Below, one piece after another: positions 13,007-26,657 of a stretch of DNA of 64,000 nucleotides. Both the position numbers and the translations under genes were made by a program. The stretch's first letter is position 1. Every line of letters starts with the position of its first letter. Where the stretch lies: the NCBI GenBank assembly GCA_964016885.1, contig OZ024741.1:299336001-299400000 (forward strand), written 5' to 3'. The notes under the pieces are model-generated. The model was not told the DNA's origin. It worked only from the letters and a program-made list of their open reading frames with translations, and ran no database searches. The stretch is from Eledone cirrhosa (Eukaryota).

Positions 13007-13086
<80 letters not shown>

Positions 13087-13173
13087 GTATGTGTGTGTAT
13101 AAATGATCACTAGTATTCTTCTTAATTACCGTAGGACTTATAACACAGCTAGATTTCAATTTATATAGGAATA

Positions 13174-13179
<6 letters not shown>
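12914..13179. repeat. near-perfect palindrome centred on (TA)n
   Basis: ~95-bp arms (one mismatch seen) around the TA tract; the ORF track shows the same peptide on both strands. Confidence 0.9.
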
Positions 13180-13237
<58 letters not shown>

Positions 13238-13379
13238 ATAGAGGTGTAACACACGAGTTATGATATATTGGTAAACGGAAAAGAAAATGCTGACAAATTG
13301 TTCACAGTGAAAACTAGTTTAATTAGGAATAAGTGAACATTAGTAATAGGATTGGTTAGTATTCAGTTTTGGTTTTAAG

Positions 13380-13415
13380 TTTTACCGGTTGCGCATTTCT
13401 AATGCTTTTCAAAAA
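13380..13415 (-). ncRNA. degenerate hammerhead ribozyme, U3-A8 core variant
   Basis: Reverse complement TTT-TTGAAAA-GCATT(AGA)AATGC-GCAA-CCGG-TA-AAA; GAAA is mutated to GCAA. Confidence 0.5.
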
Positions 13416-14029
13416 TAATTTTGAGATAGAGCGTCCGTGATGTTTGCTCTAATCTTATTAGTTTTGGAAATTCTACCTGTTTTTATGTGAAAAAAGTGGC
13501 TTCAGAGGTATTAAAATAAGTTCTGCGCCAATTCGTGTTGCAAAAATTCTTGTGGTTAAAACAATTTTGATTGGTCGGTAGAGGTCATGTGAATGTTAAA
13601 AATTGGAAAAAAACTGGAAAAAACTGGAAAAAAACTGGGAAAAAAAGTGCCGCTTGGTTCCTACACTATGAATCGACTTTTCAAACGTATTACACCTCCA
13701 AAAACCCGTTCATAAAAATAGGAAAACCCATAACCGAACCGCCCAACAACTTCGCAAACCCCCCAGCCACTAACAAACGAAGAAGGAAGCACCACACCGA
13801 AGATGAACTTCCCAACCTCGCTACCATAAGAAGGAACAAAAACCCTAGAAATCATCTTCCCCAGATTGACATTTACAACTTTCCCCCTTCAAGGAGACAC
13901 CATACCAAATCACTCAACTACTAAGCGGATGCCTCACCGTCAAACATAGGGAAAAGATACCACCACCATGATAGATGTAACAACTTCCCCGCTTCAAGGG
14001 GACAGCAAGGTAATTTCCATTTTCTCAAC

Positions 14030-14945
14030 TCTCGCTTCCACATATTAAGGTTAACTAAGTTACAGTTTAAGACAGTAAAAAGGGCGTCGTCACGATAAAT
14101 TCCACCGCAAAGTTGAGGAATTTTCCGATTTAAAGAATTGAAAATAAAGATTCCAATCAAGTCCGTCAATTGCGCTGAATCCGACGAACCCATTGTGATA
14201 TCAAAATTGTTGGAAGTGTCAGCTCTAGTCCAATATTCGTTGTTGAATACCAGGTTAGTTTTTTCTGCGGTGAGAATGATGAAAAGTTTATCTGTGGTAA
14301 TGTCAGAATATTTAAATGCAAAAGAGAGATCGTTGTTGAGGAGTGAAGGCGAAATAGAAGAATAGTAACTGGCAATGTCAAACTGAATACATTTTTGTTT
14401 GTTTCTATTATTCAGGTCATTGAACCAGTTAATTACATCATATGTACCAATCCATAAATTTAAGTTAGAAATAGAGCAATTAGAACGAACCTGTGGAATA
14501 ATTCTATCCAAGATGGATTTACTAACAACCCCCAGAATGGATTTAGAGAGGCGATTAGTCTAACAGGCAGTTCCGTTCGAAAATTACTTTTGTGATCCTT
14601 AAGATTTATCCTCGGAGTTCTTGGGAAGGATAGTTCGGTCTTTTTCTCGATGCCAAGTTTGGACATAATCTCAGAAGCTTCCAAGTTTATAGATTCCAGA
14701 TTCTCATGGTTAGTTTTACGATAATTCTTCCTTAGTTCCTTAAGGATAAGGTTATTATATTTATCTTTAGATACACCATATAAATTATTAGTTTTGTCGG
14801 AATGGACTAAGACTTTTATAGAAGAATTAAGGTCCGAAATCGTATTCCTGAGATTTATAAGGTGCTCCTGTCCTCTATAAGGGTTTCTCTTGAATTTAAG
14901 TCCTCTTATAATAATAGTTAATTCTTCCTCAAACTGCGCTAGGCA
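14030..14945 (-). pseudogene. PLE reverse transcriptase fragment (YRDD type, probably Hydra-like clade)
   Basis: SDKTNNLY, LKDHKSNF...PVRLI, FDIASYYSSI, FDITMGSSDSAQ, GIYRDD; frameshifted. Confidence 0.8.
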
Positions 14946-15119
14946 AGATTATTATATATTCTTATTATATTCTTTCTTCCTCTTCCTTACCTTTTCCTTC
15001 CCCCCCTTCCTTTCCTTTTTTTTCCAAATCTCATATATCCATCTTATTTTATTTTTCATATGTTGATTTAACACTTCACTGCTCGCAAGTTTTTTTAAAG
15101 CTTCATATCATGTCTCCCT

Positions 15120-15315
15120 ATTTTATCTGATGAGAACGCAAATATCACCCCACGATGATATGTGTCTTTTAAATGCGCATAATAAAATACATGGAACTCT
15201 TTTAACCATCTTTTGATTTTATATTATTTATACTCCAGTCCTATAAACTGTTGAGTGCTACTATCCGATATTTGCATTGCTTTATTGTGCTACAATAAAA
15301 CTCACCTCCTACATA
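15120..15315 (+). mobile_element. PLE-type 3' end with decayed HHR, related to 54515-54755
   Basis: ttttatCTGATGA...gtgtctt and the downstream tgttgagtgct...ctacatatata are shared with the 54.5-kb unit. Confidence 0.5.
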
Positions 15316-16261
15316 TATATACTTGATATATTTCGTTTGTAACCAAATGATATCTGTACTAAAATAAGTTATTCTCTGATATTACAATTTCTTGTTGTGT
15401 ATAGAATAGATAATTATCAATGGCATAAATATGTTGGTTAAGAAGATTAGTTTAGTTGAGATATTTCTTCTTGATATGTCTAAACATAAATGTAGGGGAA
15501 TTTTACATTTCGTAACCTGGTAAACATGTTCAGCATGTTATTGTGTACTAATTTCCTTTTATGTTGTATGCATTATGCAGATCATACAGATGGTGTGATA
15601 CATTAGTAAATGCACTGCATCACCTTGATAGACGCTGGAGTTATTGAAGATTACATATATGTTTAGTGTCACGAGAGATTTCAGATATGGTTCTCAAAAG
15701 AAGACTAGCTTCTCAGTTTAAGAATAACTGAAAGAAAATAAAAAAAAATGGACATCGCGCACCTTCATCATTTGATATGAGAATGTAAAGGGAGATGAAT
15801 AAATAAAAAAATAATAATAATTTGGCAATGATAATAATAATAACAACAACACATAACAACAACAAGAATAACAATAACAACATCAATGATAATGATAATG
15901 GTGATGATGATGATGATGATGAGGAGGATTATGGTGATAATGGTGATGAAGAGAATGAAGAAGACGATGATGATTAAGATTATCATAATGATTATGTTCA
16001 GGATAATGATGATGGTCATCGTCATGAAAATCGTTATACGATGTCAGTAATGCAATGTCGATGAGATAAGAATAGTTTCCATTTTCTCAGGATTAAGAAC
16101 GCACTGACATCGTTCAACCGTGCATCCTATTAAATGTTTAGTTAAATCACATATAAAAGGGAATTGAGTACTAGAAAAAAATCATTCTATATGTGACGTA
16201 CGTAACTCCGAGAGAATGGTTTTCTCTCTAATTCCAATGAGATCTGTTACAACAATAGAAA

Positions 16262-16442
16262 TAATTGTTTCTACTTTTGGCACAAGACCAGTAATTACCC
16301 AATACATTACTGGTACTTTATTTTATCAACCCCGTAAGGATGAAAGGCAAAGTTGACCTCGGCGGGATTTGAACTTAGAATGAAAAGGGCCGCAACTCAA
16401 TGCGTCAAAGCATGACGTCCGACCCTCTACCGATACTGCCAA
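16262..16442 (-). mobile_element. tRNA-derived SINE
   Basis: Near full-length match to the SINE consensus. Confidence 0.85.
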
Positions 16443-16531
16443 ATATGAGTATATATGTTGCTTCATGCTTGTTTGCAAACTAGATGGTGAATAACTCTAG
16501 ATTAAGAACATCGCACTGGTCTTTCAATCTA

Positions 16532-17726
16532 CGAGGGTGAGCTAGAAAGTTCATAGGGTGACTATGAAGGAGAGATGCTAGAGTTGTTAAACATTTCATT
16601 CATATATTTCAAATATTCATATTAATAACTACGTTGTTCTGTTCAGGTAAACTGATGAGTGACTGTTCAAAGAAGACTTCAATATTAAATAATAAATTGT
16701 AACGACTTCTCTTGAAAATAGACAAAATTGTGCATCGTGGTCTTATAATGTACCTGTAGAAAAAGGTTTTAGCCCCCAAGCATGTCTACGCTAAATTAAG
16801 GGATGACACCCCAGCTTTATTAAAAGTGCAAAAGTGGGCGGCTGAATTTAGGAGGATCAGGGAAAGTTTTGAATCTGACCCAAGGTGTGGACGGCCTGCA
16901 ACTGCCACCATCGAGGAAAGTATTGATCGTGTCTATCACATGGTGAAGGGGAGATGACAAGCTATTGACTATGAATCAAATAGCCAATGATATTAGCATA
17001 TCTGTGGAGAGAGGTCAGAATATCCTGCATAATGATCTTAACATGGCGAATGTTTCTGCTCGGTGAATGCTTCGTCGTCTGACACCTGATCAAATGAACA
17101 CCAAGTTGACGACATCATGGTAAACTCTGACATAGTTTGAGGTAGAATCAGTTAGTTTCATTTAAATAATTCTAACCTAGGATGAGTTTTGAGTTCACCT
17201 AGAATCAGAGACAAAGAGACAATTCATGAAGTGGAAACACTCCTCCTCAACGGCTCCAAAAAGGCGAAGGTAATTTCATCTGTAGAGAATGGTATGGTGT
17301 TTATTGACTAACATAAAAAAGGCCCCACTAGCAAAGCAGCGTTGTATGCCAAATTGCTGAGGTCGTTATAAAAGGCTATCGAGACCCAACACCCAGGAAA
17401 ACTCGTGAAAGGGGTATTGTTTCACCAAGAAAGTGCCCCAGCGCATACATCCTGGCTGATCATCCTCCCTGACTCTCATTTGTTCCCCAACATGAGAATA
17501 CACTTGGCTGGGAACAAGTATCGCAGTGATGATGAAATCATATCTGTTGTTCATGATTTGGTGACAAATAGGATAAAACTTTCGTCACTAATAAAATTCA
17601 AACACTGCAACTGTGATGGGGAAAATGTCTGGTCCGCAAGATGGACTGTGTTGAAATATAAACCAGATGTGGTCACATTCCATGACAAGATATTGGTCAC
17701 TCTATGAACGTTTCAGCCGACCCTCG
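16532..17726 (+). mobile_element. decayed mariner (Tc1/mariner) DNA transposon
   Basis: TA-flanked TIRs CGAGGGTGAGCTAGAAAGTTCATAG / CTATGAACGTTTCAGCCGACCCTCG; transposase remnants VQKWAAEF...DPRCGRP, VSAR*MLRRLTPDQ (WVPxxL), FHQESAPAH, PDSHLFP. Confidence 0.9.
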
Positions 17727-18088
17727 TATTTGTATAAAAGAATTCAAAGATAGTGTCTTGAAATTTGAGATTATATATTATATGAACTGATCATATATAT
17801 TATATGAACTGTCTATGGAAATAATAATGATAAATATATACTATTGTTGAACTCCATTGATATTTGCTGTTTTCATTTAAATAATCTTTACAATTATTTC
17901 TTATAACTCTTCTATCCTACTTATAATGGCGAACTTGGTCGTTTATCTATGTATCACAAAGCTCAGAAAGAGAGCAGAAACAAGACAGACGATTGATGAA
18001 TTCAGAACTTTGTATAAGAGTGATAGTGGGAGTTTCATAAGCATTGTAGAACACTAGCAGAAAAACCACCCTTCGGGTGGTTTTCCTC

Positions 18089-18442
18089 TAGCATGTGTAG
18101 TGTGTATATTGATATTATACGCAAGTATATATGCAAGTATATATGATACATCAAATAAACTCGTAATTGACAATATACACAGAAATTGAACGATGACTGT
18201 GTTACACTCTCTTATGTAATCAGTAACATAATCTATTATACATTAAAAAAAGACGATATTATATATCTCCTAGCATGTGCAGTGTGTATATTGATAGTAT
18301 ACGCAAGTATATATATGCATGTAGATATGATACATCAAATAGAATCATAATTGACACAGAAATTGAACGAAGACTGGGTTACACTGCCTTATGTAATCAG
18401 TAACGTAATTCCTGATACATAAAACAAAAGGATATTATATAT
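18089..18442. repeat. ~180-bp tandem duplication
   Basis: tagcatgtg.agtgtgtatattgata.tatacgcaag...gatattatata twice. Confidence 0.8.
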
Positions 18443-18558
18443 AAACTGTATTAGAAGAAAATTAGTGACAGAAATATATGAATATTTATTTAAACGATCG
18501 GTAATTGGAAGTGTTGACATTTGAAAAGTTTAAAGAAGTGAATCTTTAAATAAGTAAT

Positions 18559-18741
18559 TTTTTCTACTTTTGGCACAAGGCCACCAATTACACAGTACAT
18601 TACTGGTACTTTATTTTATCGACCCCGTAAGGATGAAAGGCAAAGTTAACCTCGGCGGCATTTGAACTCAGACCGTAAAGGGCCGTAACTCTTTGCTGCA
18701 AAGCATAGCGTCCTACCCTCTACCGATACTGCCAATCCACC
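18559..18741 (-). mobile_element. tRNA-derived SINE with 21-bp TSD
   Basis: TSD GTGAATCTTTAAATAAGTAAT at 18538-18558 and 18742-18762. Confidence 0.9.
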
Positions 18742-18847
18742 GTGAATCTTTAAATAAGTAATATTTTAAAATAAGTAATATTTAATGAACAGCCACGAAA
18801 TTTAGTAGATTCATTATGTAATATTCATTCATTATTTATTCAAAGTA

Positions 18848-19458
18848 AATTGGCAGTGTCGGTAGAGGGTTGGACGTCATGCTTTCTAGTATAGTTACGT
18901 CCCTTTACAGTCTGAGTTCAAATCACGCCGAGGTTAACTTTGCCTTTCGGGGTCGATAAAATAAAGCACGAGTAATGCACTATGTTAATTACTGGCCTTG
19001 TGCCTAAAGTAGAAACAATCATTATTATTAGCAAGGCGTTGGGTTGGCAGTATCGGTAGAGGGTCGGACGCCATACTTATCAGCATAGAGTTACGGCCCT
19101 TTACGGTCTGAGTTCAAATCCCACCGAGGTTAACTTTGCCTTTCATCCTTATGGGGTCGATAAAATAAAGTACCAGTAATGCCTGGGATAATTGCTGGCC
19201 TTGTGCCAAAAGTAGAAACAATATATTATTATTATCATTATGAGCAGTGGATTGGCCATATCAGTAGAGTGCCGGACGCCATGCTTTGCAGCATGAAGTA
19301 ATGGCCTTTTTACGTTCTGAGTTCAAATCCCGCCGAGGTTAACTTTGCCTTTCATCGTTTCGAGGTCGATAAAATATAGTACCAGTCACACACAGGGTTC
19401 GATTTTATCGACTTTCTCCTCCCCCCAAATTACTGGCCCTGTGCCTATATAAGAAACC
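18848..19458 (+). mobile_element. three head-to-tail tRNA-derived SINEs
   Basis: Copies at ~18848-19022, 19035-19222 and 19245-19458, each with ttggcagtatcggtagag...gagttcaaatcc and an (ATT)n-like tail. Confidence 0.88.
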
Positions 19459-19801
19459 ATTCTTATAACTATGATTAAGATGATGATGATGATGATGATT
19501 GTCATCATCATCATCATATCTGCATAAAATATGTATGTGAATTTCTTTGAATGAAAATACCACATTTATTCTATTTTCTAAAGTCTGAAATTTATAGATA
19601 ATTTCGCAGTTATTAGAAAGAGTACAACGCAAAACTGAAGTGACAAAAGAAAAGTAAAATGAAGGCAGCTCTCTCCCTTCACTACTCTCTCCTCTTTTTT
19701 CTCTCTCTTCATCCGTCTCTCTCTCTCTTTATATATATATACAGACATGCATACACACAGGCATACAGAGGGAGAGAGATAGAGATAGAGAGGGAGATAG
19801 T

Positions 19802-19835
<34 letters not shown>

Positions 19836-20705
19836 GAGAAAGAGAGACACCGTCCATATATATATATACATTTTGATGCAATTATATATGAAATTCAGCT
19901 CAATTTTCACTCATGTCTAGCTATTCAGCAGACGATTATTTTATATTACATTTAATTCATAAAATTAAAGGCAAATTCCATTATAGTGCGATAGATATCT
20001 CTTGCATCGCTGCAACTAAGAAATCGTCATCATATATTTCTGTTGATGTTTGCTAAAATCAAATTTTGTTTATAATCAAATATATAGTTATATTTCACAA
20101 AATTATTTTCCATTTCACTTTCCATCAAATATCTTTAACGAACAATTAACTTTACACTTTGAAAATTACTTTCCGTCTACAAATGATTCGTTATGGGTAG
20201 AATTAATGCACAATATTGAATTTTAATTGCAATTATAATAATTTCTTCTTTATCTTTGCCTCTCTTAATATAGCACGTTAATTATTTATTTCTGTTTCGT
20301 ACTTTAACTATCACAACAAATTACTCGGTTGCTTCGCTGTTGCTACGTATGACGATTTATAACGATTAACTACATTCATTTGTATGGGTAATCGGATATT
20401 TATATATATCTTGCGTGGATACAGTATGGCTGTTTTGTTGAGCAGGTTACTTCACGTATCTTTAGCATGTGCCATTTACCATAGCCTCGAATCCTTGTAA
20501 ATAATTATATGGTAGATGGAAACTGTTTGGAAGATTGCCGGTTGGGTTGTGCCTGTAAAATAAATGGCCAGTCTAGTTACACATCGTATCACGTGGAATG
20601 TATAATTCTTAGCCACTCACACGTTAATTTTATGATCAGGCTCTTCCATTTATCAAACAACTGGAAAACTCACCATCGACACCGATGGGGATCCATTCTT
20701 ATAGA

Positions 20706-20788
<83 letters not shown>

Positions 20789-20832
20789 GTATATATATAC
20801 ACACACACATATATATATATATATATACATAT

Positions 20833-21203
20833 ATAAATTAATAAAAATAATGAATAAAAACAAAGAAACAGTTCCTTATATTAAAAAAAATCATCATTTT
20901 ACGATCGTTTCTAGGATATATATGTTTGTGTTGGTATGTATATCATATAGATCTATGTAAAATTTTTACAAACTATCAGAGGGAATATACATACCTACCA
21001 ATAATATTTATTATTTCTGAAGACAGCATATATATGTGTAGGTATGTATATTCCCTCTGATAGTTTGTAAAAATTTTACATAGATCTATATGATATACAT
21101 ACCAACACAAACATATATATCCTAGAAACGATCGTAAAATGATGAATTTTTTAATATAACGGAACTGTTTCTTTGTTTTTATTCATTATTTTTATTAATT
21201 TAT
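20833..21203. repeat. fold-back inverted repeat next to (TA)n
   Basis: Arms 20833-20998 / 21038-21203 (~165 bp, few mismatches); the spacer contains a truncated CTGAAGA. Confidence 0.88.
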
Positions 21204-21366
21204 CTTGACTCTGTTTTCCTGTATTTTTCATCGGAAAAATTTTTTTGAATACATCTTCTCTTTTCATGATATTCGGATTACATTGAGTTCTTCATACGGA
21301 TTGGACACTACCGTACATTTTGGTAGATTTATCTACATATATACATATATATATATATATATATAA

Positions 21367-21438
<72 letters not shown>

Positions 21439-21504
21439 ATATATATATATAATATATATATATATATTACTATATATATATATATATATATATATATGTT
21501 ACTA

Positions 21505-21578
<74 letters not shown>

Positions 21579-21868
21579 TATGTATATACATATATATATA
21601 ATAACAGTGTTGCTATTATTGGGTATAAACGATACTTGAGGGTTTAAAGTTCGACGCAATGCGATTCACGCAGGGCTGATATATATATATTGAGAAGCAC
21701 ATTTCCTTACGTTTAAACATAAAAAAATTTAGATAGTAGTTTATATATATATTTAGAGGACTTTTTAAATTTCTGATTTCGTCAATTCACATCCTTGGGA
21801 TGAAGCTCTATCGGCTGAAACATGAGTTAGTTTAAAATCATATTGATAGTTTTGTGCTTCGTAATATT

Positions 21869-21946
<78 letters not shown>

Positions 21947-21959
21947 TATTCGTTCTGAG

Positions 21960-23540
21960 GCATTCATATATGGATATCAAGGAAACAAAAAAATCTTCCA
22001 CAACAGGTCTCACGGAACACGCCCTTATGCCATTTGGAGATCCTTTAAACTGGTATACACTTCTTAGCAGTACTCATAATTCATCGAAGACCTGCTGCAG
22101 AGTGAACAGTTAATCGTCTGTATTACGTCTGAGGTGAAAATCATACAATTCCTCAGTTGGTTTGGACTCGAAAATTACTATACAACCCTTTGCCAAACGC
22201 TTAGCGAAATCCTTATCAGCGAGGCTTCACAATAAGATTCATCTATAATTAGAGCGATCTCTATTGTTCTTCATTTCGAAAATGTGTACGATACTACCGA
22301 TTGTCATTGCTTTCGTGCATTTTCAGAGAACCAGGCCTCCGGCACAAACGAGTTAGCTGGAGCAAACCTTTTAACATCTCGCACTTAGATGTATCTCATT
22401 TACATCATAAGGTGTGATCGGATTTTAGAGATCAGCAAAATATTGTTTCCATGCCGAGAGGATGCACCGCTATTCAAGCGTGAGGGAGGACATTTTATAA
22501 CGAAACCGGGTGAAGATCTCCCCGAATATTTATTTGCTGATCTAAAGCTGAATTCCACACATCTTTTGACTTTGGACATCTTTAATGTGCGTGCTGTGAC
22601 CTTTTGCGTGTGCAAGAAGGAAGTCATATTTCGAAGCGAAGATTTATAAACTGCTTTCATTGATCGGATAGCAGCTTCAACCTCTTGATTGAATCAGATG
22701 GTTCTCCTTCCACCCGACAATACACACGCCTTCATCTGCATCATTTTAAGGCTGAAGCAGTAACTGTGGGAGCTGAGCAGTCTCCCCTCCATTTCAAATT
22801 TATTATCAGCCAGGACTTCCCAATTTATTCTGTAGGTCAAGTTGAGCTGAGCCTGCCATGTTTGCCGGCTTTCTTGACTTTCTTTGACTATAGTCCCTAT
22901 ACGAATGTATTTGTGTTCGGATAACTAATGCTAAGACAAAACTATTTAATGTGGGTGTTTGACGCCGGCAAGGGTGCATATTGTCGCTTCTCATGTTCAT
23001 AATCTTAATTCAGGATTGACGAGTCTGATGTGGCATTAAACCCGGCGAGTGTAGCATCATCGGAAGTGATTTGCGACACGTACTGGATAATTTTGCTGCG
23101 CAGCGTTACACGGAGGATAAAATCTGTGTTGCGAATAAGAGACACACATCTCAAGAAAGCTTGTGTAGTTCACTTTTCGGGAGCAAGTAGAATTCCAAGT
23201 CTCTTAGAGCAGCTTTTGCGAGACTGAATTAAATGCAAGAAATGCTGAAGCCAGTGGAACACTGCAAAATCCTTTCCTTCAGTCATCTCTTGATGGAAAG
23301 AGAGTAGGTGTAAATCCAAACTCGCCACTTGGTGTGGTGTTAGTGCTTAACTTTATTTAAGGTAATTAATATTGGATAATGAACGAAATAATATGCATGC
23401 GAATACAAACAGTCGAAATGAAGTTCTCTCGGAAGGCTTTATTGAGAAAATGTACGTAGCTCGGAGATTAAGGAATCGCCCCAGGTAGAACCGGCACCTC
23501 TCTGAATTGAGAGATCTCAGCACCAGTACAAAGAACATGC
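21960..23540 (-). pseudogene. decayed RTE-clade LINE ORF
   Basis: Remnants TYRINWEVLAD, EVEAAIRSMK, NRDRSNYR, LFTLQQVFDE, VYTSLKDL...RVP*DLLW; the distal boundary is uncertain. Confidence 0.7.
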
Positions 23541-23656
23541 AGCTAGAATGCTAAGAAGAATGCATACACACGCACACGCGCACACACACACATACACACA
23601 CACACACACACGCACACATACACACACACACTCGCTCTCTCACACAGTGACACATT

Positions 23657-23696
<40 letters not shown>

Positions 23697-25234
23697 ATCA
23701 TACATATATATATATAATATATATATATATATTTATTTATTCGTTTGTAATTATATATGCAATTTGAAATATTGGAATAAACACGCTGAAGCAATCAATT
23801 GTAATAGATGATGATGGATGTTTATGTTGGCCATTAACATCATTTAGTCGTAGACACAATCTATTGAACACAAGGCTCCTAAATTAAGTAAAAGAGATTG
23901 TGTGCTTTGGCTTCCAAATTCTAAGTCACAGTATATATTGAATTTTAATTTAGGCAAGGCTACCAAATTTTGAAGAAGGGCAAATATATTCATCAACTCC
24001 GGAAGGATGGTAGCTAAAGTTGACATCGGCGGAATGTAAACGGGGAATACAGAATCTACCAATTCTGCCCATCCACTACCCTCTAAGCCACAATAATCTT
24101 ACGAATGAGGCTTTGTCATAAATTGCTCGGAGGGTCTATATGTCGTCATTTGGCCTATTAGAAATATTTGTTGAACCTCTTTCGTATGTTACCTTATTTT
24201 CTTTACAAATTATTGGATATTGTTTTCTTACATATATTGTGTCTGGAAAACCCTTGATATGATGGTTGCTCTTGATACACCTGCCATTATATGCCTACTT
24301 GAATAGAGATGACCTGGAAAAGACTACCAAGCATCATGTCATGGCTGATTTCACGTTTAAGATACATGTTGATTTGCGCTGTAGTGTGATTACAAACTGC
24401 AAAATGATGGACAACGGTGATTCTTTTTAACTTTCATTGCGCGTATATTTGAGCAATATAAATTCATGGCTATATATTATACATTTATTTGTTTTATATA
24501 ACGATCATCTGTATATCTTCATAATACATATCGATTGCTCAATAAATCGGTTATTAGAGAGCTAAGAGATTTGGCTATGGACAGTGGTAATGGAATAGAA
24601 AACACGAAACACCCAGTGAGCATCCAATTTACGTTACCTGGACTCTCAACCCATAAATATGTTTAACATATCAAGAACTACAGAGAAGCCTTCTCACATT
24701 GGAAAAGAAAAACATGCCAAAATAGCAACTTATACTAGTTTAGCAAATGTCAATAGCGGACGTTTCCTTTTCTGTGATAAATGTTAAGAAATTGTTACAT
24801 TGCGAACATAACACTTAAGTAGAAGCTTCGAGTTTGATTAATTACAAAATGCTGCAATGAAATTGCACTCAAGATACCGAATATATATATAGAATATCAA
24901 TATGACGACGATAGAATTATCCGTTAAAATTCAAATTGAGCATGACTTGTACGAAGAAATATATGTTAGTAAGATAAGTGTGAAACGAAGTCTAAAGTAA
25001 ATATATATATACTAAAGTAAACAAATGCATTCATCGCCTTTAGAAGATACATATGTTAAATGAGGCAAATATTATAAACGTGTCATTATACCACTCTATT
25101 TAGTGATAATGAAATATATGGCGGAAAATGATATACCCAAGAGAAATTAAGTTCACAAGTCTACAAGTCAACAAAGAAAACATCATTATTCATGTAGCAT
25201 AACAATATATGCAGCGTACATATATAAATATATT

Positions 25235-25293
<59 letters not shown>

Positions 25294-25298
25294 GTGTG

Positions 25299-25340
<42 letters not shown>

Positions 25341-25984
25341 CATATGTGTGTATATATATATAAGGAAGGAGAGCGACAGAATAGAGATATATAAATATCA
25401 TTAAGCTATATTTATTTCAAAACCTCACTTGCGTCTTCCTATTCCTCTAAATGCAGCCCACTCATTACTTTTCACAAAGTCCACAAGTCGACAATGACAA
25501 GGACACAATTATATTCATATGTATGTATAGATAATACATTCCTAAATATACACACACACATACATGCACACACACACACACACACACATATGTATATATA
25601 TAATAGTAATAAAAGGACGAATTTCCAGTAAGTATACAGGTGAAGTATTAAGCAGTGTGTAATAATAATAGTAATAAAAATGACGAATTTTTATGTCTTC
25701 ATTGCGTTTTTTGAGTAGTGACGGGCGTTTCGCTATTAATCTGCTCAAGTTCGATTTGTATCGATCTAGCCCGACTCTGGAATCAAAAGCTCGTCGGACA
25801 TCTGTTGTGGGAATGATAGAAGTCCGACGAGCTACTCAATAAACGTAAGAAATACATAAACATTTGTTATTTTTATTACTATTAATATTACACTCGGCTT
25901 AATACTCGCCTCTATACTTACTGGAAACTACGCATCGAGTGCTCACTCTGGTAAACCAACAGTAACTGGATGTTACAATGTATC

Positions 25985-26512
25985 TTCCTGCTATTTCAAG
26001 CGTTAACCTAATATATTCCTTCCATCTACTGACCGATTGTGTTGTTATTTCTGTTTACCTTTTACATTATATCAACGCTTTCGTTGGATATTTTAATTGG
26101 ATTTTCACCCCGAAGCTGGATACCAACCTGAACCTCCAGCAGGGAATCTTTCGTATCATTGAAATTTTATTTGCTTCTTGCATTTAAATATTCCACGACT
26201 CTCTATCACTTTTCCTCTAGTAGTATCTTATTACACCACCTTCTTCTTGTCACCCGTCTATTTTTCACACCCACCCTAGTACCTTCAACATACCCAATCT
26301 TAAATCTTTTTTATGGACCTGTTATTTTTATCTAAAGACAGTTTTTTTACGGTTCCAACCCGCCCGTCCCTTCAATCTAACTTATTTCTCATTATTTCTT
26401 CTGATGATGGACTAGCGTCAGAAACGTCAAGACACTCTTCCTGCTAGTTGAAGCGTTAACCTCATATATCCCTTCCATATAATGTACCTATTGTGTTGTT
26501 ATTTCTGTTTAC

Positions 26513-26520
<8 letters not shown>
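25985..26520 (+). mobile_element. HHR-bearing retroelement 3' remnant with partial direct repeat
   Basis: 25985-26066 is repeated at 26436-26520; ends in (CA)n; a related inverted piece lies at 28684-28785. Confidence 0.65.
26397..26432 (+). ncRNA. minimal type I hammerhead ribozyme
   Basis: TCTT-CTGATGA-TG-GAC(TAGC)GTC-A-GAAA-CG-TC-AAGA; GUC cleavage triplet; palindromic ACGT. Confidence 0.75.
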
Positions 26521-26604
<84 letters not shown>

Positions 26605-26622
26605 ACACGCACACACACACAG

Positions 26623-26657
<35 letters not shown>

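Noticed and set aside
15768-16025. Hydrophobic membrane-like ORF
   Set aside because: Translation of (GAT)/(AAT) low-complexity sequence
21790-21830. GGATGA-AGC..GCT-GAAACATG HHR-like motif
   Set aside because: Lacks CU at the core start and a valid cleavage triplet or stem I
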